A stretch of DNA of 64,000 bases from Ginglymostoma cirratum (lineage: Eukaryota), in contig JAHRHZ010000021.1 in the NCBI GenBank assembly GCA_024137785.1, positions 20,827,129 to 20,891,128 of the forward strand, given 5' to 3'. Positions 38,521 through 51,236 of the stretch are shown piece after piece. The position numbers and the translations under genes are program-made. Numbering within the stretch: position 1 is the first letter of the stretch; every line of letters begins with the position of its first letter. The notes under the pieces are model-generated. The model was not told where the DNA came from. It saw only the letters and a list, made by a program, of their open reading frames with translations, and made no database searches.

Positions 38521-39684
38521 CTTAATGCAGTGCGACAAGAAGTGAGGTTAATGTCTGCATAATAAAATCCGGGATACAAAAATAACCACGTGTATTGAAC
38601 CAGTTCACCTTTTCAAAATAGCTTTTGTACATCAGACATTGACAAAGCTTGCAATCTTAATCTTGTTAAGGCTCTTGTTAATTATTTAACAGTGTAAAAT
38701 GTATTAACTTTAGCTGTAGATAGTTACAAATTTAAAATGTTTAATTTAAATTCTGGTTTGTTTTTTGAACTAAAGTATAATGGAACTGAAATTTATTCGC
38801 TAGACGAGTCAGCAGGCAGGATCCTTGTAATAATTGTGTGTAATGAAGTTCTGATGGGACACTGCTTGACTTCATATCTACCAGTTTGGACTGCTTTAGC
38901 TCCACGTAATTGCTGATAAAGGAAGGTGAACTGAGACATTTGTTATCTATTTCAGATAAAAGTTCTTTCAATGAGACTTTTGAGTGTGCAGTGTTATTCA
39001 ATCAGTTGTATTATAGTAAAAGTCCTGAAACATAGAATAAAATGCAGTATGTGTATACTGCAAGAGAAAGATCCCATAATTTGTGGACTTGCTTTTTTCA
39101 CTCTGTTCTGAAAAGTTTTTTTTTGTTGCATCAATCTTGTCAGCAAACTTGTTTGTCTTTGTAAAGGACTGTTTTAAACATAATGCACAATTTTTCTTAT
39201 TCTATTCTGAACTCTTAAAAAGATGAGATGTTGTCTTTCTGTTCTTCTGGGACCAATAGAAAGTTCAGTTTGTGCAAAAAAAAAAAGCTCTGCCTTCATT
39301 GGTTGATGCTGCCAAAAATATATTGTTCATAGCTTGTGGCTAACAGGCTATTGCATAGGTCAAAATGTTTTAGATGATCACTTCAGTTCAGTAACACTGA
39401 TATCTCCTATAATTGAATCCTGTGCTCATTCCATTAAAATGATTTATCTTTGTCGCCCAATATCTATTCAACAATAGCATGGCACAAACAGAGGAAACCC
39501 TTTGTTCCAGAAACTGTGTGTGTTAAGTTTTTATATGCCTCCGAGTGTGTTTCATTATTAATTAAGTGGGAGACAGCCTGCCATTCATGAGACAGTATCA
39601 AGTCTAAGGTAACAAATTTAACCAACAGCACTAGTTGTTTTGTAGTACAGAACTTGAGTAATGCTGCAAGAAGACCCATTTTCA

Positions 39685-39760
39685 TTGAATCCCCACAGTG
39701 TAGAAACAGGCCGTTTGGCCCATCGTGTCCACACCAACCCTCTGAAGAGCATCCCACCAA
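39685..39760 (-). mobile_element. HE1 SINE 3' tail fragment
   Basis: GAATCCCCACAGTGTAGAAACAGGCCGTTTGGCCC...GAAGAGCATCCCACC. Confidence 0.75.
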
Positions 39761-41787
39761 TGAAACAGTTGCATACAATAGACAATACAAATGCAACCAT
39801 GGCTCGCTGGTGTTGAAGTGTGTGGACGTTCAACTGCAGTGCCAATTGACTAAATTGCTTGACCTTGAATAGAGGTTTTTATTGCAGTCATGCAGACAAA
39901 TGAAGACCAAACTGCATTCAATGATTCAACCTGCTGCAGCTGTTTGAAGTTTTTTTTTAAACTGTAGAATAAGGGAGGACATTGAATTGCACTGGACTGA
40001 TATTGCATGTTTTCTGAGGTGCTGAGAATATACTTTGATTACATTCTTCCCATGTCTCTGTAATCTATTTCTCTCTCTAAATTCCTTATCTTTAATTTTT
40101 TGCTTTTGTTTGTCTCTTCCTCTTGTTTTCTATTTCTCTCTCCTCCCCATGTATCATATATACAAATTTTAACACGCCGACTGTTACAAATCCTTGAGGG
40201 TTTTCTGTAATGGGTCTTTTAATGATAAAACAGCAATGTAATGTTTTATATTCATTTTTCAGCAGTTAGTGCATTCCAGTGCAGTTTCAATTAAGAACTG
40301 AAATAAGTTAATATATGCAGAGTTTTGGCAAGTGTCCAGATTTCAAAGCACATTTCAGTTTGCAGGTGTGACTTGACAGGTTTCATTTTACAGTCTTCCC
40401 GTGTGAACTTGTCCTGTTGAGGGATATTGGCTGACCTATCCCATAGTTCATTACATGCATTCTGGTGTATGTGTGTCTCTATGATAAAACCCTGAAAGGT
40501 GCTCACAGTCCACTATCTCTCACCTCAGTTTAAACAAGCTATCTGATAGGAAACAGTGGTTTGATCACTATCACTGTGGCAAAATTGAGGGCAGCTTGCC
40601 AAAGTGTTGTTGGAGGTAATGTGATACAGGCTGTGGTTGAGTTTTTTTGACCTTTTATGATCACTGGGATTGCTATAACAAACTGTTAGTTTTAGTTATC
40701 TGCAGCCACAGACTCTTGACTATCTTGGTTTATGAAGTCATCTAAGCAACTCAGTGCAGCCTTGTAATGCACTTCAATCTATAATGTAGCGTGAAAGCAT
40801 TTGCTACTGTTTTGTACAGCCTTAAAAGCTGTCATCAAGAGCCGCTGTAAAGTACATTTCAACCAGGCTGTTAGAGAAGAGAGCAGAAAAGGGGTATACT
40901 TAGAGTTGAGGTAGCTATTAAGAAATTGGTAGACTGATGAAAAAGAATGCTGTGACTATTGGCAGATATCCCCTATCTATGTACAGATAATAATCTCATT
41001 AAGGTATTTAGATGACATTTTAAATGGGACCAGAAGCTGCTGCAGGTTCTCCATTATTTTTAGTTTATATACTGAGCAGTCAAAATGGGTGGTTTTGTAT
41101 TTGCCCGTGTGAACCTGTCATCCCGTGTTGCTGTGTAGTGACATTCATTTTGAAGAAATAACAGCTGTGCCTTGAACAGTGAATTTGTGGTTCATTATAT
41201 TCAGTAGAAAGGAGCTGATCTTTTTTTAGCCAGTACAAGTTTTATTTGAGGTCATTGGAGAGATTCTTGCCGCACCTCACTGACTCCCTACCTCACCCCT
41301 ACACCATTCCTTGTGTCCAATTCTAGCCCAACCTTATCATTGATATGACAAAAGGCTAGCATCCCTTGAACCCATACCGTCTTTGAGAAGCTGCTGCACA
41401 CCCAGACAAACTTTAGCCCCTCACCAGCAGCATAATGGCACAGCAGCTGTGAAGCCACAATGCCCATGTGAAGAAAAGATACACCTGCAATGGCTAATAC
41501 TCATTCACACCTATAACCCTGTTCTCTCACCCTAGTTGTTGTTTAACCACACAGCTTAGCTGTCTTCAGATTCATCCGAGTCCTGCTACTGTTTCTCCAG
41601 TGCCCAGGGGTCACCCACATATTGTTATTGTTCGGTAGATGAACACCACTGACAGGCAAGTGTTTGGTCAAGTCCAATGATGCATTCTTATTGACAACCA
41701 GCTAAAGCAAACACAGTGGAAGTGAATCCAGGCTGCAGTTCGCCCGCACAATGTAAACGAGATGCAGGCATCTTGACCTTGACCGTT

Positions 41788-41905
41788 TCATAGAATCCCT
41801 ACAGTGTGGAAACAGGCCCTTCGGCCCAACAAGTCCACACCAAACCTCAGAGCATCCCACCCAGACCCACCCCTCCAACAACAACCCACCTAACCTACAC
41901 CTCTT
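41788..41905 (-). mobile_element. HE1 SINE 3' fragment
   Basis: CATAGAATCCCTACAGTGTGGAAACAGGCCCTTCGGCCCAACAAGTCCACACC. Confidence 0.8.
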
Positions 41906-41929
41906 TGAACACTTTGTGATGGTCTTCTG

Positions 41930-42560
41930 CATCCAGCTCATATCTATTGAAACTGCCTGTCAATCAGGTTTTGTCTGTCCTGTAGTACCTGAATTCTGTT
42001 GTGCACAAGGAGACCTTTCTCCAGTTCTGTGTCATCTACCTCCTCCTCAGAAGACTGCTATTGCACTGGCTCCTCAGCATCTATCACATCAGCTCATTGC
42101 CTATTCTAATTGTGCAAAACACAGCTATCAATAAGACACAACACACACTCTCCAGACTATACAGGAGACCTCTGCCTGACCAGTCCAAGCTGTGGAACTG
42201 GACCTCTGTCAGTCCTAGTGTCTGCTCCACCACGATCCTGTTCGCAGCATGCGAACCAGCTTGGTGAAGGTACTCCAATAGTTGGGAGTGGCCAATGAAG
42301 TCTGTCAAAAAGAAGGGTCTTCTGTACTGTCACCCCCTTCCCATCCCAGACACTCATCTCCCATTCAACTTCTCATTGCATTGATTAGAATCCATCATCA
42401 CACTTGCATGATGTGTGTTGTTATGGTATTACCCTCATTACACAGTATTCTTGGCAGCCCCATAAATGATGGGACACCGTTTTTTAGTATTCGCTTCTTT
42501 TTAAGTCATTACCACAAACTCTGCATCAATATGGTGACAATGTTTGATTAGCCAGTTCCA
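41930..42560 (-). mobile_element. Harbinger transposase relic
   Basis: 42084-42308 HAANRIVVEQTLGLTEVQFHSLDWSGRGLLYS resembles H...R..IEQ..G.LK.RFRCLD.SGG.L.Y. Confidence 0.75.
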
Positions 42561-43004
42561 ATGCAATGGTGCAATCCACCTTGGAGTATGTTCATCTGTA
42601 CACAGTGCAACTGGGTGAAGAAATGTTTACAAATTAAACATAGCAGGAGTTTGCTTCATGGTTTTGGTCCTTCAAAGTCACAACATCCAGCAGACATAGA
42701 TCCGGAGCTTTTGAGCATCGAAGTTTTACTGATTCTATACACCCATTGTAGTGTCTGAGTCATTTTTCAGTGCATTTCACATCCAGAGAATGACAACTCA
42801 TGGTAGGGAATGCATCTCATGGTGGACAAAATCAACACTAGGTCCTGCCTCACTCTGATTATGCAACACAAGCAGATGTACATACATATACGCACACTTA
42901 AAAAGGACCATAATGAGTATAATAGAATATGCAGATTAAAATCCTGAGGGTGTTCTTCAAATGCTAGAATTTAAGCTGTGACCACAATTGGATAAGGATA
43001 TCCT

Positions 43005-43069
43005 GGATCATCAACAGCCTTGAGTATTGAGGTAATCTTCCCGGATCATCATCAGCCTTGAGTATTGAG
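43005..43069. repeat. Two-copy tandem duplication, period 38
   Basis: GGATCATCA(A/T)CAGCCTTGAGTATTGAG at 43005-43031 and 43043-43069. Confidence 0.9.
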
Positions 43070-43469
43070 ATATCTTTGATTTTCTTGATATTCAGATGTT
43101 TCTCCAGCGTGTTTTTGTCATTGAGCTTTGTTCTTTGTCACTGAGCTTTTGTCCTTTGAGTGAGCAGAAGAGGAGGAGAGAGCTACCTTCAGTTATTGTC
43201 ACAAATCCACCTCCTCAGCTCTGCTATAGCAAATGTTTGAAAGACAACTCGTTTGTGTATTCCTGTGTCTGTGTTTATTGTCTTCAAGCTGGATAATTGT
43301 AGGCAATGCGTTTATATCTCTAACACGTGAACCTCTCAAAGTGTAAATCGAATAACAGATTTCTTCCCACCTGGGTGATTCAGTCACTTCCGATAAAAAT
43401 GCTAATTTCAGTTTTGACTGGTTCTTGTTTATTGATGATTTCCTGAAACTTAGCTCAACTTGTGGTCAA

Positions 43470-43822
43470 GGGGCGGCACGGTGGCTCAGTGGTTAGCACT
43501 GCTGCCTCACAGCGCCAGGGACCCAGGTTTGATTCCAGCCTCAGGCGACTATCTGTGTGGAGTTTGTACATTCTCCCCGTGTCTGCGTGAGTTTCCTCCG
43601 GGTGCTCCGCTTTCCTCCCACAGTCCAAAGATGTGCAGGGTAGGTGAATTGGCCATCCTAAATCGTCCATAGTGCCCAGGGATCTTTAGGTTAAGTGGGT
43701 TAGATATGGGGAATCAGGGGTAGGGAAATGTATCTGGGTTGGATGCTCTTTGGAGAGGCGTTGTGGACTTGTTGGGCCGAACGGCCATTTTCACACTATA
43801 GGGATTCTATGATTCGATGATT
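43470..43822 (+). mobile_element. HE1 (V-SINE), full length
   Basis: GGGCGGCACGGTGGCTCAGTGGTTAGCACTGCTGCCTCACAGCGCCAGGG...GGGATTCTATGATT. Confidence 0.93.
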
Positions 43823-43880
43823 AATCACTGAGGTAACTTTTTAAGTCAGTGTTTTTTTTAATATTTGAAATTATTTTCTT

Positions 43881-43980
43881 CCAGCTACTTGCCACTTTAC
43901 TCCATCAGCTACTTGCCATCCTATTCCCTCAGCTACTGGCCACCTTAACCTCTCGGTCACTTGTCACCTTAATGCCCCTC
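43881..43980. repeat. Four-unit 24-bp minisatellite
   Basis: CAGCTAC(T)(T/G)GCCA units start at 43882, 43906 and 43930; a diverged unit starts at 43954. Confidence 0.85.
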
Positions 43981-45529
43981 GCTTTCTGTTAGTAGAACAT
44001 CAGAGCGTTTGGGACCTTTTAAGCTATGTTTCCTCATTGGAAAATAGCAGTTATTGCATGGCTTGGGGCATTGCTGCACTGAGATTCACTCCAATGCTTC
44101 CTGTATGGTTGACTGAACTGTATCTGTTGGGTAGATCCTGTATAGGAGGCCATGCCTGGAAAACCTTGGGAAGGTAAGAAGGTGCTGTTTTGTTTGGTCT
44201 AGGTTGAAATAGTGATTCTGACCCAGATTGGAAGAATTGTGCCATCTATTGATCATTTAAAGGAGGAAGTTTACAAGTCCGTAACTTTCATTGCAAGCCC
44301 AACTTTCTTCGGGTGGATCTTTGGCTAACAGATGGTGAGCTTGGAGGTGGGAGAGCATTTAATTAGTTGGGGTGGTGGTGGATCTCAACCCCACTGCCTC
44401 CCTGCCTTTGCTTAAATTGACATCTGGACAGAAAAGCCCATGGCTGAACAATTGAGATCCCCAAGTGGACAAGTAAAGACATCTTAAGGGCTTCAGCCTG
44501 CTGCCGCTAGGATTAAAGCAGCTGTCAGTGGGCCTCTTGCCGGGCAGTGTGCAGCATTGACAGTACCCTTCAGGTCGTTTCTTACCTGGTGAGGTGGTGG
44601 GTGTTCCTCTATCAAAGGCAGTGAGGTTTGCTCACACACAGACATATATACAGACACATGCACGCAGATACAGACACAAATACAGACAGACACTCAAAGA
44701 GCTGCGATTGGCAGCATTGGGCAGCACTTCCTCCCACAGGGTTCTGATTCTAAAGGAAGGCCCATTGTGGCCTCGCCACACACTAATTAATTGGCAATTG
44801 GTTTGGAGAACTATCTTTGGAAGAGGTGACGCGAATCACTTGCCTACTGTGAAACTACCAGTTGAGACCCTCCAGTTGTTCGATATGATTCCACCCCTTA
44901 ACTCCATTGGCAAACAGTTATCCATTTGCATTGTAGCAATTGTGTAATTTTCGGCACTTCAGTTGTTCCACGAAGTGTGGAATTTTATACTACAGATCTT
45001 GTAACAGACCTCCATGAAGTATATTTGCCTATTTGTAAAGCTGAAGGAGGCGCACAAAAATGTATTCCAGGCAAATTTTAGGAATGCTAGTGTCAATCTT
45101 GTGACACAAAGCACTGGCTTATTTATAAGTACTACCTTTGTGATATAACGATGCACAGAGAAACATGGTGGCTGTGATTACTCATATTAGCACCCCGTGC
45201 TATAGAGTCAGAATGAATACATGTTTAAAATCTGCTACATCAGCTGCAAAATGTGAGCTGGGCCAAGCAGTGAAGTGTTGAGTGAAGGCTTTGTTGTCTC
45301 TGAGAAGGAAATAAAAATGGTCAAACAGAAGTGTTCTTAATGGCTACAGTGAAGTGCAAAGAAAGGTTTCAAAGGAAATTGTGTAAATATTAACTGTTTA
45401 AAAAGAATTTGTAAATGTAATTATTCAGTTGTTAAATGTTACAACTTGCTGAATGGGACTATCTGTATGTCCATAGTTGGCAGCACTTTGCCTAACAGCC
45501 CAAAAAGCTATGGGTTTGACCCTTGCAGC

Positions 45530-45950
45530 AACTACTTGGTTAGTGATCTCGCTTCTGAGTCTGAGATTTGTGGGTTCAAGTCTTGGGCACATAAATTTAG
45601 ATGCTCCAGTGCAGTAATAAAGGACTGCTACATTGTCACTGATATGTGAAGCATTAAATTAAGGTCCCATCTACTCTCTCAAGTATATGTAAACCCCGTA
45701 TGGCACGGTTTCTAAGGAAAGTAGAAGAGTTATTCCTGGTGTACTATCCCTCAGTCAACTTCACAAATAGATTAATCTGGTCACTTTCCCATTGCTGCTT
45801 GTCAGAGTTTTAAATGTGTACACATTTGCTGTCACGTTTCCCACATTACAGCCGTGATTACACTTCAAAAGTAGCTTGTTGGTGGTAAAGCACTTTGGGA
45901 TATTCCGTGGTCATGAAAGGCCATGAGGCCAAAGATATCAATGCTTGTGT
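45530..45950 (+). mobile_element. Deu-domain SINE (SacSINE1-like), near full length; second partial copy at about 45970-46160
   Basis: CTTCTGAGTC...GTGGGTTCAAGTC head. ACATTACAGCCGTGATTACACTTCAAAAG...AAAGCACTTTGGGA tail. Confidence 0.75.
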
Positions 45951-47782
45951 TTCTTTTCTCATAACAGGAATTCAGCACTTAATCTAGATTGGCATTCCAG
46001 CTCTGTTCTAAGGGACTGCTGCATTGTGAACCTTTGGTCGAGATACCAAACCCTTTCTACTCGTTCAGGTTTATGTTAATGATCCTATGTTACTCATTGT
46101 ACGGAAGAGCAGAGAATTCTTCTGTGGCTTAACCCTCCAACAACCAGCACCGTTGAAACATTTTTGTAGAGGGGAATACTAGTTTATAATGAGGAAATGT
46201 TGATTGCACTGTACTGCATGATACTTGGCAATTGTTTGTTATAAGTGCTACTTAGCAATAACGAACAAAAGGTTAGAATAGTTTAACAGGCGACACTTTT
46301 CTCTGTCATAATGAATTTCTCCAATTTATTGCCTCTGTATGTGAGGATTTTTTTCTTATTTAATTTGAACATTTTAATTGAGGGATCCATAGAATTGGAA
46401 AAGTGTCTTATTTCAAGCCTAGGATATGTGGAGTCTCATTCATATGAGCCCAGCGGCTGTTCTAGTGGGATGCCAAGCAGTTGACATAAGGCAGCCTCGG
46501 GCTATATACCCACTGCTTGTTTCACTGCTGTTGGTTCCACGGCCGAAGACATAGGGAGTTTTCTTGTGTATTTGTTACAATAATGAAGTGGGAGAGTGCT
46601 GTGAACAGAATATGTAGCATTTTAAATAAATCCTAACTATATGGGCTCTGGTCCTGAGTTCATTTTGTACTGATGGAAAATTCCTTGTCTATTAAGTATG
46701 ATTTGAAAAGCTTCCAAAACTTTGCTTCAATGAAGTTGAGGCAATACAGCTATCACTGTGTGGTGTTGAATTTCATCCTCTGTTGCTCACACTGTAACAC
46801 ACGAGCACTGTTCAAACAGTCTGAAGCATAACATGTCTTTGTTTTTGATATAAATTAGTACAATGTGCATTTTGATTCTTGGTCTCTCACAATATTAAGC
46901 AATATATTTTAACAATACAAATTGACCAGAGGGTGTTGTCTGTGCAAACCCACTTCCTTTTGATGCAAGGAAACAAAGTATTTAACGGGTTAAATCTTTC
47001 AAAAGAAGCCAAAAAGCCAATAACTCCGACTACAACCTGAGGCACTTGTTAATAAGGTCTGTGACTTCAATTGTTACCAGGTTTCTGAGCAATGTGTAAA
47101 TCCTGCCTCTTTTCATGAATGACAATTAGAAATATATCGCACTCAATCTGTTTTCCTGAAACCATTCATAAAAATCAGATGGCGGAGCCTGGCCAGTACT
47201 TTTCTGGATGCTGGGGTGAGAAGGATTGGGAATAAGCAACAGTAAACTCTTGCCCCCGCCCTCTTCTGTCTCTGCAGTCATCGATGGTCCATTTGTTGAG
47301 ATTATGGGAGGATTGAGTGCTTTTTGGAGGGCAGCTGGTAAAATTACTTTGACACATACTGGGCTCCGAGCCAGTGCTGGCCTTGATTCAGACATTGTCT
47401 TTCCCCTCATTGAACTGTCAGGACCTAATTCATGGGAAAAAAAAGTCAGTGAGCTGGCAGCTCTGTCAGAGTGTTTCTCTTAGCCACGGTATGCAGAAGT
47501 CAAATGAATTCAAACTGCGCAACCAAAGCCTTTCTTTTCTTAGTATAACATTTCTCCTGACGTGAAGAGGTACAGGGATATACAGGTATTTGTCTATCAG
47601 TTGGCAAAGAATGAAAGATGTGCAGGCAAGTGTTTTCGAAGGAAAAGCATTTTACTGTGTGAAATTGAGTATAGGATGTTCCGTATTATGTTATACTTGA
47701 CATGCTGGTATGCTTACAATTAAGGAAAGTGAGAAACAGCATGAATACTTGATGGAATCTAACTGTAATTTGTTTCTTTCAG

Positions 47783-47815
47783 CCACAACAAGAGGTCCAG
47801 AAGAAGCCTGCTCAG
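47783..47815 (+). CDS. HMGA2: HMGA2 exon 4 (33-nt internal coding exon, 11-aa linker PQQEVQKKPAQ between AT-hook 3 and the acidic tail)
   Basis: CTAAC branch point at 47759-47763, then TTTGTTTCTTTCAG|CCACAACAAGAGGTCCAGAAGAAGCCTGCTCAG|GTATGT. Phase 0/0. Peptide matches recalled human exon 4 (PQQVVQKKPAQ) at 10/11 residues with the same length. Confidence 0.93.
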
Positions 47816-49379
47816 GTATGTGAACTTTTATTGTCTTATGAATACTCAAATAAGGATTTAAGTCAAGAGATATCAGGAACAGGGGAGGTGATGAGCCTGG
47901 ATTGCTTTCAAAGTTGGAGTTAATAACAAGGACATGAGCTCATGTGGGTTTCCTAATCTCAGCTGTCTGAGGAAAAGTGATAAATTGTATAAACATGGGG
48001 ACTACATGGAAGTTCATGGAGGATAATGTAAATCTTACACTACATTCTGAGGAATCTCTTCATTTTCCATCTGTTTCCTCTACTGTATCCTAACAGATGT
48101 CTTTACCACGTGGTAGTCTGGATCAGTTTAAAAACTTCTGATCTTGAAGTAGACTTCAGGGTTTCTTTAGGTTACACATGCATGGCCCATTACTCGAGCT
48201 AGCCTTTTCTTATGCGGGAAGACTTGGCAACTGGAGTAGAAAGAGAGAACTTGATCCATACAGTTGTAGTTTGAGGTTCACATTCTTGTCAACACAGCGA
48301 TGATAATCCAAATGACCGGACAAGTCAGGAAGCCTCTTTATTGAAGTTAACATATCCAGCTTCTAAAGGAACATTATGTTCAGTTAAGAATCTGCCCAAA
48401 GCGCGCACAGGACCGGAGCAACATAATGTCTGCATTAATTTCAAAGCATCAGCATTACTACAATTTCTTGGCGGTAAGCCATAAGCCATATTACAGCACC
48501 AGCAATTCCGGTAAAGCCTCTATAGACTGAACATTTGTCTGCCATATTGAGAATTTCACTTGTCTTTTTTAATGGAACATTTTATGCTGGCATTAGTGGT
48601 CACTAATTTCTGCAAACAAGTATATAGCTGATGTTTTATAGGCGTTATTTAATGCGCTTGGTGAACTGGCAAACTGTTTAATTAGGTCCTCCCTTACAGT
48701 CAATCCTGACCTTGTTCTTATCCAGAAGCCACAAATGCACTTTCTAGCGAGCATTGCTTGATGATATTGAGCAGCAGAGACCCTGGCCCCTCCCTCCCAC
48801 CAAGATGTATCACATTGAAGCAAGTATCTGTTTATGGCAACTAAGCAATTAGGGGTGCTTAACTTCAGCATGTTTAAAATTGATCTGCCGCTTTCTTGAA
48901 TTTTGTTTAGCCAAAGTGACACATGGAAATCCCATCACTTCATCCTAGAGTCTCCAAACCTAGTCTCCACAGATTAGATTTTCTGTTTGTATAGCACAAA
49001 ATGCATATGCGCTCCCTGTAGGAACACAATTTGCCAGTGCACTATTGATCTTTCCCCTGCTTGACAAGCAGAGATTATTGTAGTCATTTGAGCAAGTCCC
49101 CTGTGACAGACCTGCCTCTCTTAAGGCTCCATTAGTGAGCCAGAGTGGCTGGTCAAATATCAAAAGTGCCCTCAAATCTTATTTACCTATTTACAGGGTC
49201 AAAAAAAAATTGTACTCCATCTGGCAAGTCCCTAGTACTAATGTTTCTCAATCCCACTCAAATATGTATTCAATTTTCCCACATTATAGGTCTCCCTAGG
49301 CACTCCATTCCACATGTTCACCATCCTTTAAATATAACCTGTTGGAAGTGTCTTCCTCCTAAGCTTGGGCCCATATAAA

Positions 49380-49575
49380 ATCATGTGGGGCCTGGATAGA
49401 GTGCATGGGAAAGACCTATTTCCCATAGCAGGGAGGTCAGCAAACAAGGGACATAGATTTGAAGTAATTGGTAGCATGATTAGAGTGGAGCTGAGGAGCA
49501 ACATGGTCAGAAAGAAGGTGGGCGTGCCGCTGCCTGAAAGGTAAATAAAGGTAGAAAATCTCCATTGCTTACATA
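49380..49575 (+). mobile_element. CR1 ORF2 3' fragment
   Basis: AAAATCATGTGGGGCCTGGATAGAGTG...GGGACATAGATTTGAAG (KIM.GLDRV...GH.F). Confidence 0.6.
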
Positions 49576-49736
49576 TCCAAGCATTTTGTTTTATATTTGA
49601 ACTGCTCCACAGACATTACTTTCTCTACCACTATCACTCAATAGCAACAGTATCCCGTCTACAAGATGCACTGCAGAAATTTATAAATGCTCCTTAGACA
49701 GCTCCTTCCAAACCCACGACTACTACCATCTAAAAG

Positions 49737-50132
49737 TTGGATGTGGAAGATTTTAATCCTCTCTGTTACAGCTAAAACCTGGGATTCTCTTCTTGCTGCT
49801 AGAATTACACATGAGATAATACCCAAATTATTAATTACAGTGAAAGTTTGAATTTGCCTCTGCCAAGAGTGTGTTTATGGGATGTTACTATATTGGAACA
49901 GTTAATTAGTAGTGGTTTGTATATATTTTGTTAAGCATTTGGATAGAATTACAGTTAAGCCAATTCTTTTCTTTTTATTTGGTTTTGTATTGTTTTGTTT
50001 CAAGACTGGTTATTTGACCAATCGAATTGCATCCGGAATGCAGCACCTTGTTTACCTTTAAAATAAGAAAAAGTTAGGATTTAGACTATCTTCTTAATCT
50101 ATTTTAGAGGGAGTTTGGTCTGGTCCATAACA
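49737..50132 (+). repeat. 5' LTR (5'-truncated) of the Gypsy element
   Basis: Colinear with 53530-53864. Ends TGGTCTGGTCCATAACA. Followed by AATTAGGGCTTTTGCAGGGAT, a possible decayed tRNA-Pro PBS (TGGGGGCTCGTCCGGGAT). Confidence 0.8.
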
Positions 50133-50936
50133 AATTAGGGCTTTTGCAGGGATCAAAATCTCACATTCCAGGTTGGGCTTAGGACTATTGGACTCAAAGA
50201 CAGTGAGTGTTGTGTGGGTGTTCACTTCTGGGGTGTAGAATTTGGTTGGTTTAAATGTTGTGTCCTCTGTAGTAATGGTGCTTTCAGTCACTAAGTGTTT
50301 CCTTGGGGTAAGAAGTCACTTTGGGAGTTCTGTAGAAAGTGAGCCAGCAAAACTTTTCAAATTTGGCAGACAAGCTGGAGTTGGGATTGCCTTTATCTGT
50401 GTGAAAAGAGGTCACTGCAGCAATAGCTCGACATTTACGACCGCTAGAAATGCCATTGGAATCTTTGGAAATGGCTAAAATTCAATTGCAAATTAAGCAT
50501 GAGAAGGAAATGAAACAGTTTGAATTATGATTGAAAGTATAGGGAAAAAAAAGGAAAGGAAAGGAAGGCCCTAGCAGTAGACAGAGAGAAAGAGTTTTTG
50601 AACTTGAAGTTGGAGCTGAAAAACTCAGTCAATTTAAAATGGTGGAGGCAGAGGTGAAAGGTTAGAGTAGTGATGAGGACATTAATGGAAAGCAATCCCA
50701 TCATAGCCAAAGACCTGGTGGGGATCTGTTTAAATATGTGCAAGCATTGCCTAAGTTCAACAAGAAGCATGTAGAAGCCTTTTTCGTTTCATTTGAAAAA
50801 GTAGCTAGACAAATGAAATAGCTGGTGACCATGTCGGTAATGTTGATCACACCAATGTTGGTAGGTAGAGCTAGTGAGGTATTTGCATTACTATCAGAGG
50901 AAGTATCTGTGAAGTATGCTGAGGGGAGAAAAGCCA

Positions 50937-51236
50937 GGGCGGCACAGTGGCTCAGTGTTTAGCACTACTACCTCACAGCACCAGGGACCCAAGTTCAGTT
51001 CCACCTACAGGCAACTGTCTGTGTGGAGTTTGCACGTTCTCCCCGTTATTTCCTACAGGTGCTCTGCTTTCCTCCAGCAGTCCAAAGATGTGTGGGTTAG
51101 GTAGATTAGCCATGAGAAATGCAGGGTTACAGGAATAGGGTAGTAGGGGGGCGGTGGTTGAGACTGCTCTTTGGAGAGTCGGTGTGGACCTGTTGGGCCA
51201 AGTGGCCTGTTCTAACATCGTTCGGATTCTGTGGAT
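50937..51236 (+). mobile_element. HE1 SINE nested in Gypsy gag
   Basis: HE1 head and tail, flanked by GCCA (50933-50936 and 51237-51240). The gag frame RKA|ILSAYEL rejoins across it. Confidence 0.9.

Larger units (their letters stand above)
1..47782 (+). other. HMGA2: HMGA2 intron 3 (distal part; exon 3 lies upstream of the window)
   Basis: Inferred from exon 4. No AT-hook (RPRGRPRKW) exon seen by eye. HMGA2 intron 3 is known to be very large in vertebrates. Confidence 0.8.

Noticed and set aside
43470-43560. tRNA-like A and B boxes (also at 12541, 50937, 58972)
   Set aside because: These are SINE heads continuing into V-domain and LINE tail, not tRNA genes.
43005-43980. Short direct repeats as a CRISPR-like array
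   Set aside because: Vertebrate DNA, only 2-4 head-to-tail units, no unique spacers and no cas genes.
44632-44695. CA-rich tract within a 117-aa ORF
   Set aside because: Degenerate microsatellite; it explains the HTQTY-type low-complexity translation.
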